Shown piece after piece: positions 38,754-48,016 of a DNA stretch of 64,000 nucleotides. Positions within the stretch are counted from its first letter, which is position 1, and each line of letters begins with the position of its first letter. The notes beneath the pieces are model-generated. The model did not search any database and was not told where the DNA came from. It saw only the letters and a list, made by a program, of their open reading frames with translations. A program made the translations under genes and the position numbers. This stretch comes from a virus. The DNA lies in the IMG/VR virus record IMGVR_UViG_3300049005_000030, positions 37,154 to 101,153 of that record; one strand, written 5' to 3'.

Positions 38754-39070
38754 GTCGGAAGCTCCAATCGGCTCATGCGGTCGACGGCGAGGCCGAGCAG
38801 GGAACGGGCCACCACGATGTCGCGGTCGGTCATCGTGTCGAACACCGGCATGGTGTCGCTGGTCAGCGGATAGGTGGCGTTGCGCGAGGTGACCAGCAGG
38901 ATCTCGTCGCGCCCGGTGTAGGGCATGATCGGCGTGATGTCCTCGGCCAGGCGGCGCCGCACCTCGGCGGCCAGAGTTCGGGCGGCGCGCACGTAGTTGG
39001 CCGGCACCGAGCTGTCGACATCCTCGGCCGTGATCAGTCGCAGCGCGGACTCCAGGGTCACCTCGTTCAC
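38750..39070 (-). CDS. Hypothetical protein
   Basis: Coupled chain of GTGA overlaps. Confidence 0.45.
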   Translation of the reverse strand: MNEVTLESALRLITAEDVDSSVPANYVRAARTLAAEVRRRLAEDITPIMPYTGRDEILLVTSRNATYPLTSDTMPVFDTMTDRDIVVARSLLGLAVDRMSRLELPT

Positions 39071-39333
39071 CGGACCCGCCGCCTCTCGGTGATCAGCGAG
39101 TCGGCCAGGTCGCCGATGGCCGCGTCCCAGGCCGCGTTCGCCAGCGCGATGGCGGCGGCCGCGACCACCCGCAGCTCCCCGGCAGTGATGTGGTTAGCCC
39201 GGAACGCGCGCACAGCGCCGGACGAGTCGAGCGTGACGCCCTCGCCGGGCTTCAAGCCCAGCAGTTTCGTGTCGGCCTCGGCCAGCAGCTCGGCCAGCTG
39301 GTCAAGGGCGAAATCGTTGGCGCGTCCGGTCAC
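39067..39333 (-). CDS. Hypothetical protein
   Basis: Coupled chain. Confidence 0.45.
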   Translation of the reverse strand: MTGRANDFALDQLAELLAEADTKLLGLKPGEGVTLDSSGAVRAFRANHITAGELRVVAAAAIALANAAWDAAIGDLADSLITERRRVR

Positions 39334-39560
39334 CGTCGGGCCGCCTGGTCCTGCTCGATCAGGACATAGCCGGCCAGCAGCGCACGGACCAGGTCCATGG
39401 CGGCGCCGCCGCTGACGTGGCCGTAGCCGGCGACATGCATGGTGCTGTCACCGGGCTTGAACGTGACGTCGCGGCCAACGCGGATGTAGTCGCGCTCGCA
39501 AGCGGGCGCCGGCAGGTCGGTGACGGTGTACTGGTCGACCTTGACCAGGGGGATGGACAT
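39330..39560 (-). CDS. Hypothetical protein
   Basis: RBS GAAAGG; first gene after promoter 39596-39625. Confidence 0.5.
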   Translation of the reverse strand: MSIPLVKVDQYTVTDLPAPACERDYIRVGRDVTFKPGDSTMHVAGYGHVSGGAAMDLVRALLAGYVLIEQDQAARR

Positions 39561-39595
39561 GGTGCGGCCTTTCGGGTTGGGAAGCGGGACAGCCA

Positions 39596-39625
39596 AGGCT
39601 AGCCGATGAATCACCGGCTAGTCAA
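39596..39625 (-). promoter_or_regulatory. Palindrome promoter copy 9
   Basis: TTGACT-18-TAGCCT. Confidence 0.8.
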
Positions 39626-39836
39626 TCGGCGGAAGGTGGAACACGTCCTCGACCTTGACGTTCAGCACCATCAGCACCACCTCCGTCGTCGCGCAAGGAA
39701 ACGGCCGCAGATCCCCGTGGGCATTCAGGCATTCCGCGCACGCCCAGTACCCGCCGTAGCGCTCCGGGCCATGCGCTTCCAGCACCGCGTCGGCCACCCT
39801 GCTCGCGGTGACCGCGAGTCGAACATCAGCATCCAT
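39618..39836 (-). CDS. Small Cys-containing protein (leaderless)
   Basis: ATG 6 nt after -10; H....CAEC...FPCATT motif. Confidence 0.55.
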   Translation of the reverse strand: MDADVRLAVTASRVADAVLEAHGPERYGGYWACAECLNAHGDLRPFPCATTEVVLMVLNVKVEDVFHLPPID

Positions 39837-39842
39837 ACCAAA

Positions 39843-39872
39843 AGAGTAGCCGGCATCACATCGGCTACATAG
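39843..39872 (-). promoter_or_regulatory. Palindrome promoter copy 10
   Basis: -10 TACTCT, leaderless ATG, poor -35. Confidence 0.7.
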
Positions 39873-39920
39873 AGAAGTGGCCGCCACCCCGAAGGATGAC
39901 GGCCACCCGGCCACGCCCGG

Positions 39921-40673
39921 TCAGCTCGGCGGATTCACCGACACCGTCAGCTCCCACCCGCTGTCACGGTTGTCCTCGGCCAACTGCCGCATGTACTGCT
40001 CCACGGCCAGCGGCGTCCACGCCCCCCGCAGCACGATCGTCACCCGCTTGTCGGCGAGGTCGTCGGACCGGAGCATCTCCGAGGTCATCTCGCCGCCCTC
40101 GGCAATGTCCGGGATCAACGCCAGCAGCGCCTCCCGGCCCTCCCGCGCGGACAGCAGCGCCAACAACACGTCCATGTTGTGGGTGATGTCCAGGCAGGCC
40201 CGGCGCGCGATCGGGAACTCCTCGTCGTCCATCACATCCGGGAACTGCTCGTTGACCCCGCCCACCGCCGTACGCAGATCCTTCAGCGCCAACAGCGCCC
40301 GGCGCCACTCGTTCTGCTGCGGCGTCAACGCATCCAGGTCCAGCCGATCGAAGCTGAACGGCGAGTTGAGAAACGCCAGCGCCGACCGCAGTCGGATCTG
40401 ACTCTCCTGCTGCCGGCACCACCTCACGAACTCCAACTGGATCCTGGCCTGTGCGATCAGCTCGGCGTCGCCGTCGGAGTGCGGCGCGTTCAACGCCGAA
40501 CCCAACGCGGTGCGGAACGCGTCGGCCGCGTCCTGCTCCATCCGCCAGCGGCCAATCAGCACCTTCACCCGTACCGGCAGGAAACCCGTGGGAATCTCGG
40601 CGTCATCCAGGTACTTCGCGATCTCGTCCAGCATCGCGTTGGCGGTCTCAGCGCTCCGCGTCTGCTCATCCAT
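39921..40673 (-). CDS. Hypothetical helical protein
   Basis: 250 aa, RBS-preceded. Confidence 0.5.
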   Translation of the reverse strand: MDEQTRSAETANAMLDEIAKYLDDAEIPTGFLPVRVKVLIGRWRMEQDAADAFRTALGSALNAPHSDGDAELIAQARIQLEFVRWCRQQESQIRLRSALAFLNSPFSFDRLDLDALTPQQNEWRRALLALKDLRTAVGGVNEQFPDVMDDEEFPIARRACLDITHNMDVLLALLSAREGREALLALIPDIAEGGEMTSEMLRSDDLADKRVTIVLRGAWTPLAVEQYMRQLAEDNRDSGWELTVSVNPPS

Positions 40674-41091
40674 CCTGTGCGCCCTCTTCCTTCGGCCAGA
40701 TCATGTACTGGGCGGCCAACTCGTCGAACACCGGCGTGTCGCTCACCGGCGCCACGTCCTGCGATCCAGCTCGGTGTAGCCCCGTTCCCGCTGCGCCATC
40801 AGCTCCAGCCGGCGGTCCAACAACTCGTTGGCCTCCATCAGCGCCAGCGGGTGAGCCAGCATCCCCACCAGCCGGCGCAGCTGCCGGTCCAGCTTCGCGA
40901 TCTTCGTCATGGTGCTCATCCGGCGCGCTCACAACGAGCCCTGGCCAGCGAACGCCCACAGCGCGAGCATCCACACCCCGCCGATCATCAACGCGATGGA
41001 CAGGCCACGCTGCGTCTTGCCGACCAGCCAGGCCAGCACGAACAGCGCCGCACCCACGAGCACCAGGCCAATCTGCCCAACCACGGGCATC

Positions 41092-41589
41092 TCAGCCGCC
41101 CGTCGACGGCGCGGCGCACTCGGTCGCGCTGAGCTCGGCCGGCAGGTCGACGGCCTTGAAGTCCTGCGACAGGTACTGACGCGACCGGGCGTTGTAGTCG
41201 GCCACCAGGGCGTTGCACTGGTTGGTCAGGCCCGACAGGTCCGAGTGCAACAACTGGTCGTGCTCGGCCGCCTGGTCCCAACCGCCGCTCGGCGCCCCGG
41301 CCGGGTGCGCCTTCTCCCACGCGGTGACCTCGCCGGCCTTCGCGGCGATGTTGGCCTTGAACTGGCCCAACTGGGCATAGTCGGCCTCGAACTGGGCCTG
41401 GGCGGAGATGAAGTTGTCCGCGCTGTTCTTGCGCGAGTACGAGTCGCCGGCGCCCTTGACCGGCGAAAGGATCACGCCGAGGCCCCACAGCACCCCGACC
41501 ACGATCAGCCCCGCCACCAGCGCGATGGCGCAGACCAGCAGCACCGTGCGCATGGGGCGCTGCTCCATGCCCGTCTCCCACCTGTTCAT
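41092..41589 (-). CDS. Membrane-anchored protein
   Basis: N-terminal TM, C...VADYNARS motif; follows lipoprotein. Confidence 0.6.
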   Translation of the reverse strand: MNRWETGMEQRPMRTVLLVCAIALVAGLIVVGVLWGLGVILSPVKGAGDSYSRKNSADNFISAQAQFEADYAQLGQFKANIAAKAGEVTAWEKAHPAGAPSGGWDQAAEHDQLLHSDLSGLTNQCNALVADYNARSRQYLSQDFKAVDLPAELSATECAAPSTGG

Positions 41590-42171
41590 CTACTGACCCA
41601 CCTTCTGGCTACCCACCGACGGCTTGGCGTTGGCGTCCATGGTGAGCAGCGGCTTGGTCGGCAGGTCGATCGGGGCATCCGTCTCGATCCACGGCACCAT
41701 CTTGGACAGCTGGATCTCCACCCCGGAGGTCGTATAGAACGCCACGTTGCCCGGCTCCGGGCCGTAGGTGCCGTTGTCGCCGGGCGCGTCGGTGACCGGG
41801 TCGCCCGTGTAGTCGCCGTTGATCAGCTGCGAGGTGGTCATCTGCGAGTCCGGCGAGAACGCCATGCCCTGGATGGCGAACTGGGTGATCGGCTGGCCCT
41901 GCTGGTTCAGCACGATGATCCAGCGCGAGGCGGCCTTGTTGTTCTGCCGGAGCAGGTGCTCCCGCAGCATCTGCCGCTCCAACCACTTGCCGGCCACCAT
42001 CTCGTCGAACGGGTAGGCGACCGACTTGCTGGACGCGTCACCGACCTTGTTGGTGATGTCCTGGCTGGCCTGGTGCGCGGTCGGCCCGCACGACTCCGCC
42101 GTGGTGCCGATGAACACGGCGATAGCCGCGAACGCCACGCCGAGGATTCTTCCCCGCTTCGTGAACTTCAT
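41590..42171 (-). CDS. Putative lipoprotein
   Basis: MKFTKRGRILGVAFAAIAVFIGTTAESC signal ending in Cys. Confidence 0.6.
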   Translation of the reverse strand: MKFTKRGRILGVAFAAIAVFIGTTAESCGPTAHQASQDITNKVGDASSKSVAYPFDEMVAGKWLERQMLREHLLRQNNKAASRWIIVLNQQGQPITQFAIQGMAFSPDSQMTTSQLINGDYTGDPVTDAPGDNGTYGPEPGNVAFYTTSGVEIQLSKMVPWIETDAPIDLPTKPLLTMDANAKPSVGSQKVGQ

Positions 42172-42677
42172 TCCTTCGTCCTCTCCCGGTTGTTGGAAAC
42201 CAACTTGGACGGGACCATCCCGTCCGCCCCGTGCCACCACCGCCTCGTCATCAGCAGCTGGTGCACGGTGTTGGGCATCGTGTGCTCCGCCCGCAAGTGC
42301 CACGCCATGCGGTTGAACCACAGGGCCACCATGGCCCTGCACGTCTCGTCCGCCGTCGGCGCGCCCTCGGGAGCGAGCCCGTCCATGGTGTGACTCGCCG
42401 CCGCGTCCAGCAGTTCCGCCACCCGCTCCACCATCGCGTCATGCTCCGGCGGGATCTCCACGAACCGCAGCGTCACCCGGTCCAGCCGGAACTCCCGCCA
42501 GAACAAGCCCACCGACGGATCGTTGCGCGAGGCGTCGAACCGAGGAACATCCTGCGGGTCCAGCACCACCGACTTCGGATTGTGGACGTTGCCGTCCGCG
42601 CCTGAGATCCAGTTGTTGGACCACTGCATCGGATAGATGTAGTCCCCGATCACTTGGCCCCGCCAGAACTTCCTCAC
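42168..42677 (-). CDS. Hypothetical protein
   Basis: RBS GGGAGG, coupled. Confidence 0.45.
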   Translation of the reverse strand: MRKFWRGQVIGDYIYPMQWSNNWISGADGNVHNPKSVVLDPQDVPRFDASRNDPSVGLFWREFRLDRVTLRFVEIPPEHDAMVERVAELLDAAASHTMDGLAPEGAPTADETCRAMVALWFNRMAWHLRAEHTMPNTVHQLLMTRRWWHGADGMVPSKLVSNNRERTKE

Positions 42678-43057
42678 CGCATGGCCTCCCTGATCCACGG
42701 CGACACATCCATCACGCGCCGCTCCCGCGTCGCCCGCTCCCACGTCATGTAGCCGGTGAAGGCGTCGCCGCCCTCACTGCTGTAAAACCACCGCTGCCAG
42801 CCGGCCCGGCCCCGCACCGTCGACTCCAGCACCGGACCCACCGGCTCCCCCGTCTCGTCGATCGGCTGCACCCGCGTCACCCGCTGCCCGGGGCGCGGCG
42901 GCGGCGACCCCGGCTCGAACACCCGAGGCGTCCACCCCTGCGGGAAGCGGCCCCCGCCCCGACAGGGGCTGCCGCCGCGCCGCGCATGCCGAACCAACGT
43001 GCCATCCAGCGTCGCATTCTGCGTCTTGCCACACACCCGGCAGCAGCCCTTGCTCAC
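42674..43057 (-). CDS. Hypothetical protein with N-terminal CxxC..H..C motif
   Basis: GCCRVCGK...RH...C. Confidence 0.45.
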   Translation of the reverse strand: MSKGCCRVCGKTQNATLDGTLVRHARRGGSPCRGGGRFPQGWTPRVFEPGSPPPRPGQRVTRVQPIDETGEPVGPVLESTVRGRAGWQRWFYSSEGGDAFTGYMTWERATRERRVMDVSPWIREAMR

Positions 43058-45252
43058 GGCTTGAGAACCGCCGGACGCGCCGCCGCGTTCATCCGCCGCG
43101 CCTGGTCCGCCGCCGAGTGCCAGTCGAAAAACGCGTTGACGCTCTGCACCGTCGTGGCGTCGACGACCTCGAACAGGGCATCCCGCTGCGGCGTGGCCGC
43201 GCTGTAAAACACCTGGTAGCGCACCTCTTGGCTGGCGTCCACCAGGTCGCCCGGCGCGCCGTCGGCCAGCGCGTCGACGTGGTAGCGCACCTGGTTGCCG
43301 TCCAGACCCTGCGCCACGAAGAACTCCGGCGCGGTCAGATCCCGCACGTACAGCACGTCCCGGTTGCGCTCGATGTCCTGACGCACCCGCAGCGCGCGGA
43401 TCCGAGGATTCAGGTGGCCCTCGAAGAACGGCGACACCAGCACCGGCACTGGCGGCAGCACCGCCGCCTCACCCGCCGCCAACCCCGTCTCCAGTCGCTG
43501 CGCCACCGTGGAGGGCGTGGTTGTGCCCGGCTCGAACACTCCCATCCTCTCCACCACGCCGACCACCTTGCTCAGCTGCGTGCGCATCTGGTTGCGCTGC
43601 CTGACCAGCTTCAGCGCCGCCTCGTGCAGTTGCCCGGCCGTTGCCGTCTCCGGCAGGTCCAGCAGCGCGAAAGTCCTGGCCAGCGGTTCCGTCGTCTCCG
43701 CCTGGGTGAAATCGCGCACCCGGCGCAACGCCCGGGCCACCTCGTCGGCCAGACGGTTGCCCCGCACCTCGGTGGCCATGCCGCCGTCCAGCAGCACCTC
43801 GGCGATCTGCTGACGCTCGGCCGTCCACCGGTCGACGGCGGCCCGCACGATCGCGTCCAGCGGCTTATCCGCCACCTCGGCGGCCGAGAGCCCCGTGCGG
43901 CCGGCCAGCACGGCGACGATCGCATCGCGCTGCGCCTGCCATGCCACCCAGGCAGACCCCAGCTCGCGCACCTTGTCCAGCACCTGCGCGGCAGTGGATC
44001 CCGCCGGCAGGTCCAGGAACTCGACCAGCGTCAACACGGGATCCATGTCCCACCGCACCGCACCCTGGCGCGCGTGCTCCAGGGCAGCCTTCACGTCCTG
44101 GTCCAGCATGTCCTGCGTCGACAGGGCCTCTTCCTGGATGCTCAACTCCTCGACCACCAGCGCACCGATCCGCTTGTCGACCTCGCGCAGCATGTCCATG
44201 TTGGACTTGACCATCTGCGCTTCGGCCAGCACCAGCGACGACGGGGCCGACGGCGGCAAACCCAGCGCGTGCGCGACGTTCTCGCGGCACACCTTCAGGT
44301 CCGCGATGGCCTCGGGAACCTCGATGTAGCGCACGCCCAGCAAGGCCGAGCAGCGCCGCAGAAGCTCCTCGCTGACCGTCAGGTCCTTGATCCGGCCCGG
44401 CAGCTTCACCGTCTGCGAGGGCAGGCCGGTGGCCCGCAGCATCTCGTCCAGCGTGGCCATCACCTGGTCGGCCTGCACGCCCAGCTTCTCGCCGATCGCC
44501 TTCAGCGTGGTCAGCGAGTCACCCCACGGTGGCTGATCGGCCAGCATCCACAGCTCCGCCTTGCCGAAGGTGGACAGCACGCGCTCGATCACATCCCGCA
44601 GCTGCTCGGCCTCCATGATCAGGTCGGGGTTGCGGTCGTTGTAGCCGGCCGCGTCCAGCACCCGGGTCAGCGCGCGCCGAACCCGCCGGGCGGTGTCCTC
44701 GTCGCGCTTGACCCTGTCCCACGGGGAGCGGTCGCGGCGGTCCATCGGCGCGGCGCGGCCGGCCAGCATGGCCTCGATCTCCTCCACGGTGATGAATCCC
44801 CGGTCGCCGGCCACCGAGCGCTCGGCCTTCGCCTTCAGGCCGATGGTGTCGACCAGCTTCCGGGTGTCCCGGTACTGGTTCAGGTTGGTGATGGACCGAT
44901 CGCTGGCCTCGTTCAGGCTGCGCCGTATGAGGTCGAAGCGGCCGCCGAAGAAGTCGACCACGCGGTCCAGGTCCAGGTCGCCGTCCTCGTCGACGAAGTC
45001 GCCGGAGTCCGGGGTGGCGTTGATGCGGTCGGCCAGCGCGTCGATCAGCACTTCGACGTCGCCCATGGGCAGCGTCTCGCCAATCGACTCGGCGACCTGG
45101 CGGGCCAGCTTGCCCAGCAACTCGGCGGCAACCTCGCGGGCGTCGGTGTCGTCTGCGCCGACCAGCGCGACCTGCGCCTGAGCGGACTCGAAAAAGCGGG
45201 ACTGGACATCCACGTGGACGCGGACGGGGATCTGGTCGTCGCTCATGATCAC
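43054..45252 (-). CDS. Large helical-repeat protein of unknown function
   Basis: 732 aa; recurring L(G/D)LP..A motif; first gene after promoter 45280-45309. Confidence 0.6.
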   Translation of the reverse strand: MIMSDDQIPVRVHVDVQSRFFESAQAQVALVGADDTDAREVAAELLGKLARQVAESIGETLPMGDVEVLIDALADRINATPDSGDFVDEDGDLDLDRVVDFFGGRFDLIRRSLNEASDRSITNLNQYRDTRKLVDTIGLKAKAERSVAGDRGFITVEEIEAMLAGRAAPMDRRDRSPWDRVKRDEDTARRVRRALTRVLDAAGYNDRNPDLIMEAEQLRDVIERVLSTFGKAELWMLADQPPWGDSLTTLKAIGEKLGVQADQVMATLDEMLRATGLPSQTVKLPGRIKDLTVSEELLRRCSALLGVRYIEVPEAIADLKVCRENVAHALGLPPSAPSSLVLAEAQMVKSNMDMLREVDKRIGALVVEELSIQEEALSTQDMLDQDVKAALEHARQGAVRWDMDPVLTLVEFLDLPAGSTAAQVLDKVRELGSAWVAWQAQRDAIVAVLAGRTGLSAAEVADKPLDAIVRAAVDRWTAERQQIAEVLLDGGMATEVRGNRLADEVARALRRVRDFTQAETTEPLARTFALLDLPETATAGQLHEAALKLVRQRNQMRTQLSKVVGVVERMGVFEPGTTTPSTVAQRLETGLAAGEAAVLPPVPVLVSPFFEGHLNPRIRALRVRQDIERNRDVLYVRDLTAPEFFVAQGLDGNQVRYHVDALADGAPGDLVDASQEVRYQVFYSAATPQRDALFEVVDATTVQSVNAFFDWHSAADQARRMNAAARPAVLKP

Positions 45253-45279
45253 CTTTCGGCCTCGGAAGTAGGTGGGAGA

Positions 45280-45309
45280 AGACTAGCCGGTGGGTAGTCG
45301 GTTAGTCAA
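45280..45309 (-). promoter_or_regulatory. Palindrome promoter copy 11
   Basis: TTGACT-18-TAGTCT. Confidence 0.8.
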
Positions 45310-45395
45310 TCAACCGTCGGCACCCCACGTGGCTGTCACGCTTTTGTCAGGTCCCTGTCCGATGTCGTCCGACTTTGTCCGGCGGACAAAAGTGG

Positions 45396-46076
45396 TCACT
45401 CCAAGCCCAGCGGGGACTCAAGGAAAGCCGGGCCGCGCCCGCGCTTGGTGACCTTCTCGCCACCCAGGCGGACACCCAGCGCCGCGTCGGCGGCCGCCGC
45501 GCTCTCGTTGCCGCCGTCGATCAACGACAGCGGGACACGCCACCACACGCCCCAGCGCTGCTTGCCGCCACGATCGGCGACACCGGTCAAGCCCCGCACC
45601 CGCAGCGCACCCAGACGTTCCAGCACCGTCTGCACCGCGCTCGCGGTCACGATGCCCTCTTCGGCCGGATGAGCACGGGCGTGGAAGTCGGCCACGCTCT
45701 GCGTGCGGATGTGCAGCGCGTCAGCGCCTGACCGCGTGCCGGCCAGCAGCGGGGCGTCCAGGGCCAGCGCCTCGTCGTAGTCCTCCACGGCCGGCACCTC
45801 CCGCAGGTACTCGCGCAGCAGGGGCTGGATACGCGCGGTCAGGGCGGCCGACACCGACAGCCGGTCGGACCGCATCCGGCGGCCGAAGTCGCGGACGTCG
45901 TCCGGGTGGAACAGCAGCTTGGGGCGCGGCATGGCCTCCGAGGTGCGCACCACCAGGCAGGCCAGGTCGCCGGAGCGCACCAGGTCGTTCACGGCGGCGG
46001 GGTCGATGCCCAACGTGGCGGACACGTCGGCGGCGGTGAACGCGAAGCCCAGCGCCGCCCAGTCGATCGTCGTCAT
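45396..46076 (-). CDS. HTH (excisionase/MerR-like) DNA-binding protein
   Basis: FTAADVSATLGIDPAAVNDLVRSGDL...LLFHPDDVRDF pattern; flanked by repeat-rich DNA. Confidence 0.65.
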   Translation of the reverse strand: MTTIDWAALGFAFTAADVSATLGIDPAAVNDLVRSGDLACLVVRTSEAMPRPKLLFHPDDVRDFGRRMRSDRLSVSAALTARIQPLLREYLREVPAVEDYDEALALDAPLLAGTRSGADALHIRTQSVADFHARAHPAEEGIVTASAVQTVLERLGALRVRGLTGVADRGGKQRWGVWWRVPLSLIDGGNESAAAADAALGVRLGGEKVTKRGRGPAFLESPLGLE

Positions 46077-46079
46077 GGC

Positions 46080-47100
46080 TTCAGAACAGCATGGACTGAC
46101 TAGCATGTCAAGCCATGCTAGCTAGCTGGCTAGTTATACGTTTCGTGACCGTTCCAAGTGGACATCGATTTGCGTACGGGAACCGCAGTGGCCACAACAG
46201 GTCACGGCTAGAGGCCAGAGCTAGGATGCTAGTTCGTTGTAGCGCCGCTGATCAGATGGGGTGGATCGGGGCCTGGACGGCAGGTGGACACAAGCGATGT
46301 CCATGGACGGTCCACATTGGTGTGGACCATTCGTGATCTTGCTCAATCGCCCGCAGACCATCCCAACAGGACTCGACCACCCCCGGGAGCCACCCCGGCC
46401 GGGCCGCATCGCAGGTGGAGGCGGTGGGGGTCGGCAACGGCCGCCTAGGCGGGCTGTGAGGCACGGTCCAGGCGGGGGGATGGGTAGCCGGCGAACACGG
46501 CCACACGACATCTCGCAAGCATTCGCCCCCTTATAAGAAAAGTGGCCTGGACAGAACGAGCTCAAAAAGGGGGTTCCAGGGCTAGATTAAAATGCTAGTG
46601 CTAGTTACTGAATGCTAGTCAAGACCTATGACCTGGGAAAACAAGACTAGCATCCACAACTTGCGTAAAGAGTCCGGCATGCACCACTTGCATAGCACTC
46701 ATGCATTGATACCTAGCTCTGGATCGCTGACCCTCTGTCCAGGCCCATGACGGAAGATACCCAGGTCAAGGCATGGACAGGTGGACACATGCGGACTAGC
46801 ACTAGTGTCCTAGCACTCTCCTACCTGCGGGTATGCATCACAGCATGGACACATAGCACTGCCAAACATGGCCATTGGAGGGTTCCAGATACCCCCGGGG
46901 GGTATATGTGATTGCTAGGCTGACGATGCAAACTGGCACGCCTGGCCTAGCACACGGGCATGCTAGCCAGGTGGCGCTTAGTCACCCTACGTATCGTTAC
47001 CATTTCCGTTACCGTTCTGAGACCAAAGTATGGTACCTATTAGGGGAATACTTTCATTCAGACGGGTTCTGTAGCGTTATCTTTACTCACAGTGACTAGG
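46080..47100. repeat. Non-coding strand-switch region with dispersed TGCTAG and TGGAC repeats; candidate origin or terminus
   Basis: Lower GC, no credible ORF, about 20 CTAG and 10 TGGAC counted by eye. Confidence 0.6.
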
Positions 47101-47130
47101 GTTGCTAGCCGGTGATCAACCGGCTATTCT
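47101..47130 (+). promoter_or_regulatory. Palindrome promoter copy 12
   Basis: TAGCCGGTGATCAACCGGCTA, -10 TATTCT, leaderless ATG. Confidence 0.78.
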
Positions 47131-47136
47131 TTCCCC

Positions 47137-47394
47137 ATGACCCCACCTGTTCAGAGCGCCTCCGTACGCCCGCCGCGTCCGTGGAGCCGCCCCTCCTCCG
47201 CCGTGCTCGCCAGCGTGCTGATCGTCGTGGCGACCGCCATCTGGCTGCCCGACCACTTCGCCCCCATCGCCGTCGGCTGCATCCTGTTCGACCTGCTGAT
47301 GCTGGCCGCGTTCGTCGCCCAGCTGTCCCGGTGGGCGCTGGAGGTGCAGAAGCTGATCGAGCAGACGCAGTCCGATGCGTCGCCCCGCCGCTGA
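47137..47394 (+). CDS. Two-TM membrane protein (leaderless)
   Basis: ATG 6 nt after TATTCT. Confidence 0.55.
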   Translation: MTPPVQSASVRPPRPWSRPSSAVLASVLIVVATAIWLPDHFAPIAVGCILFDLLMLAAFVAQLSRWALEVQKLIEQTQSDASPRR

Positions 47395-48013
47395 CTTCAG
47401 CGCCCGCCTGGTCCAGGTGGTGGCCGGCGCGGCCGTGTCGGGTGTCGGGCTGGCGTGGATGATCCGGGCGAAGCTGGGGGCGCAGCCGTGGGATGTGCTG
47501 CACCTGGCGGTGGCGTCGCTGGCGCACGTGACGGTGGGCACGGTGATCGTCGCGATGTCGGTGCTGGTGCTGCTGGCGTGGTGGCCGTTGCGGCTGCGGC
47601 CGGGCTGGGGCACGTTGGCCATGACGTTCATCCCGGGGCTGGCGTGCGACGGCGCCCTGTTGGTCACCCCGACGTTCGACAGCAACCTGCCGATGCGTGC
47701 CGCGCTGTTGGTGTGTGGCATCGGCGTGTTCGCCGTCGGCACTGCCGCCGTGATCCGCGCTGGCCTTGGCCCCGGCGCCCGCGACGGCCTGATGGTCGGT
47801 GCGTGCCGCCGCTTCGGCTGGTCGGTGTTCGCCGTGCGCACCGGGATCGAGGTGACCGTGCTGGCGCTGGGGCTCGCGCTGGCGGGCTTCTGGCCGGCTG
47901 TGCACGCGGGCACCGCCGGTGTCGGCACGGTGGTGATCGCGCTCAGCCTGGGCCCGCTGCTGGGTCGTCTGCTCCCCAAACGCGCCATTGACAGCCGCCG
48001 GGAGACCGGCTAG
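47375..48013 (+). CDS. YczE/YitT-family membrane protein
   Basis: LG..PWDVLH, RPG.GT, GLG.G.RDGLM, T.IEV.V, GVGT motifs. Confidence 0.75.
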   Translation: MRRPAADFSARLVQVVAGAAVSGVGLAWMIRAKLGAQPWDVLHLAVASLAHVTVGTVIVAMSVLVLLAWWPLRLRPGWGTLAMTFIPGLACDGALLVTPTFDSNLPMRAALLVCGIGVFAVGTAAVIRAGLGPGARDGLMVGACRRFGWSVFAVRTGIEVTVLALGLALAGFWPAVHAGTAGVGTVVIALSLGPLLGRLLPKRAIDSRRETG

Positions 48014-48016
48014 CGT
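47988..48016 (+). promoter_or_regulatory. Palindrome promoter copy 13 (drives ncRNA unit)
   Basis: TTGACA-17-TAGCGT. Confidence 0.8.

Noticed and set aside
43117-45297. Long antisense ORFs (also 2889-4127, 11861-13339, 52741-54621, 59501-61084)
   Set aside because: Expected opposite-strand shadows of GC-rich genes
46115-47099. ORFs in the strand-switch region
   Set aside because: Atypical codon use, no RBS, overlap the repeat field
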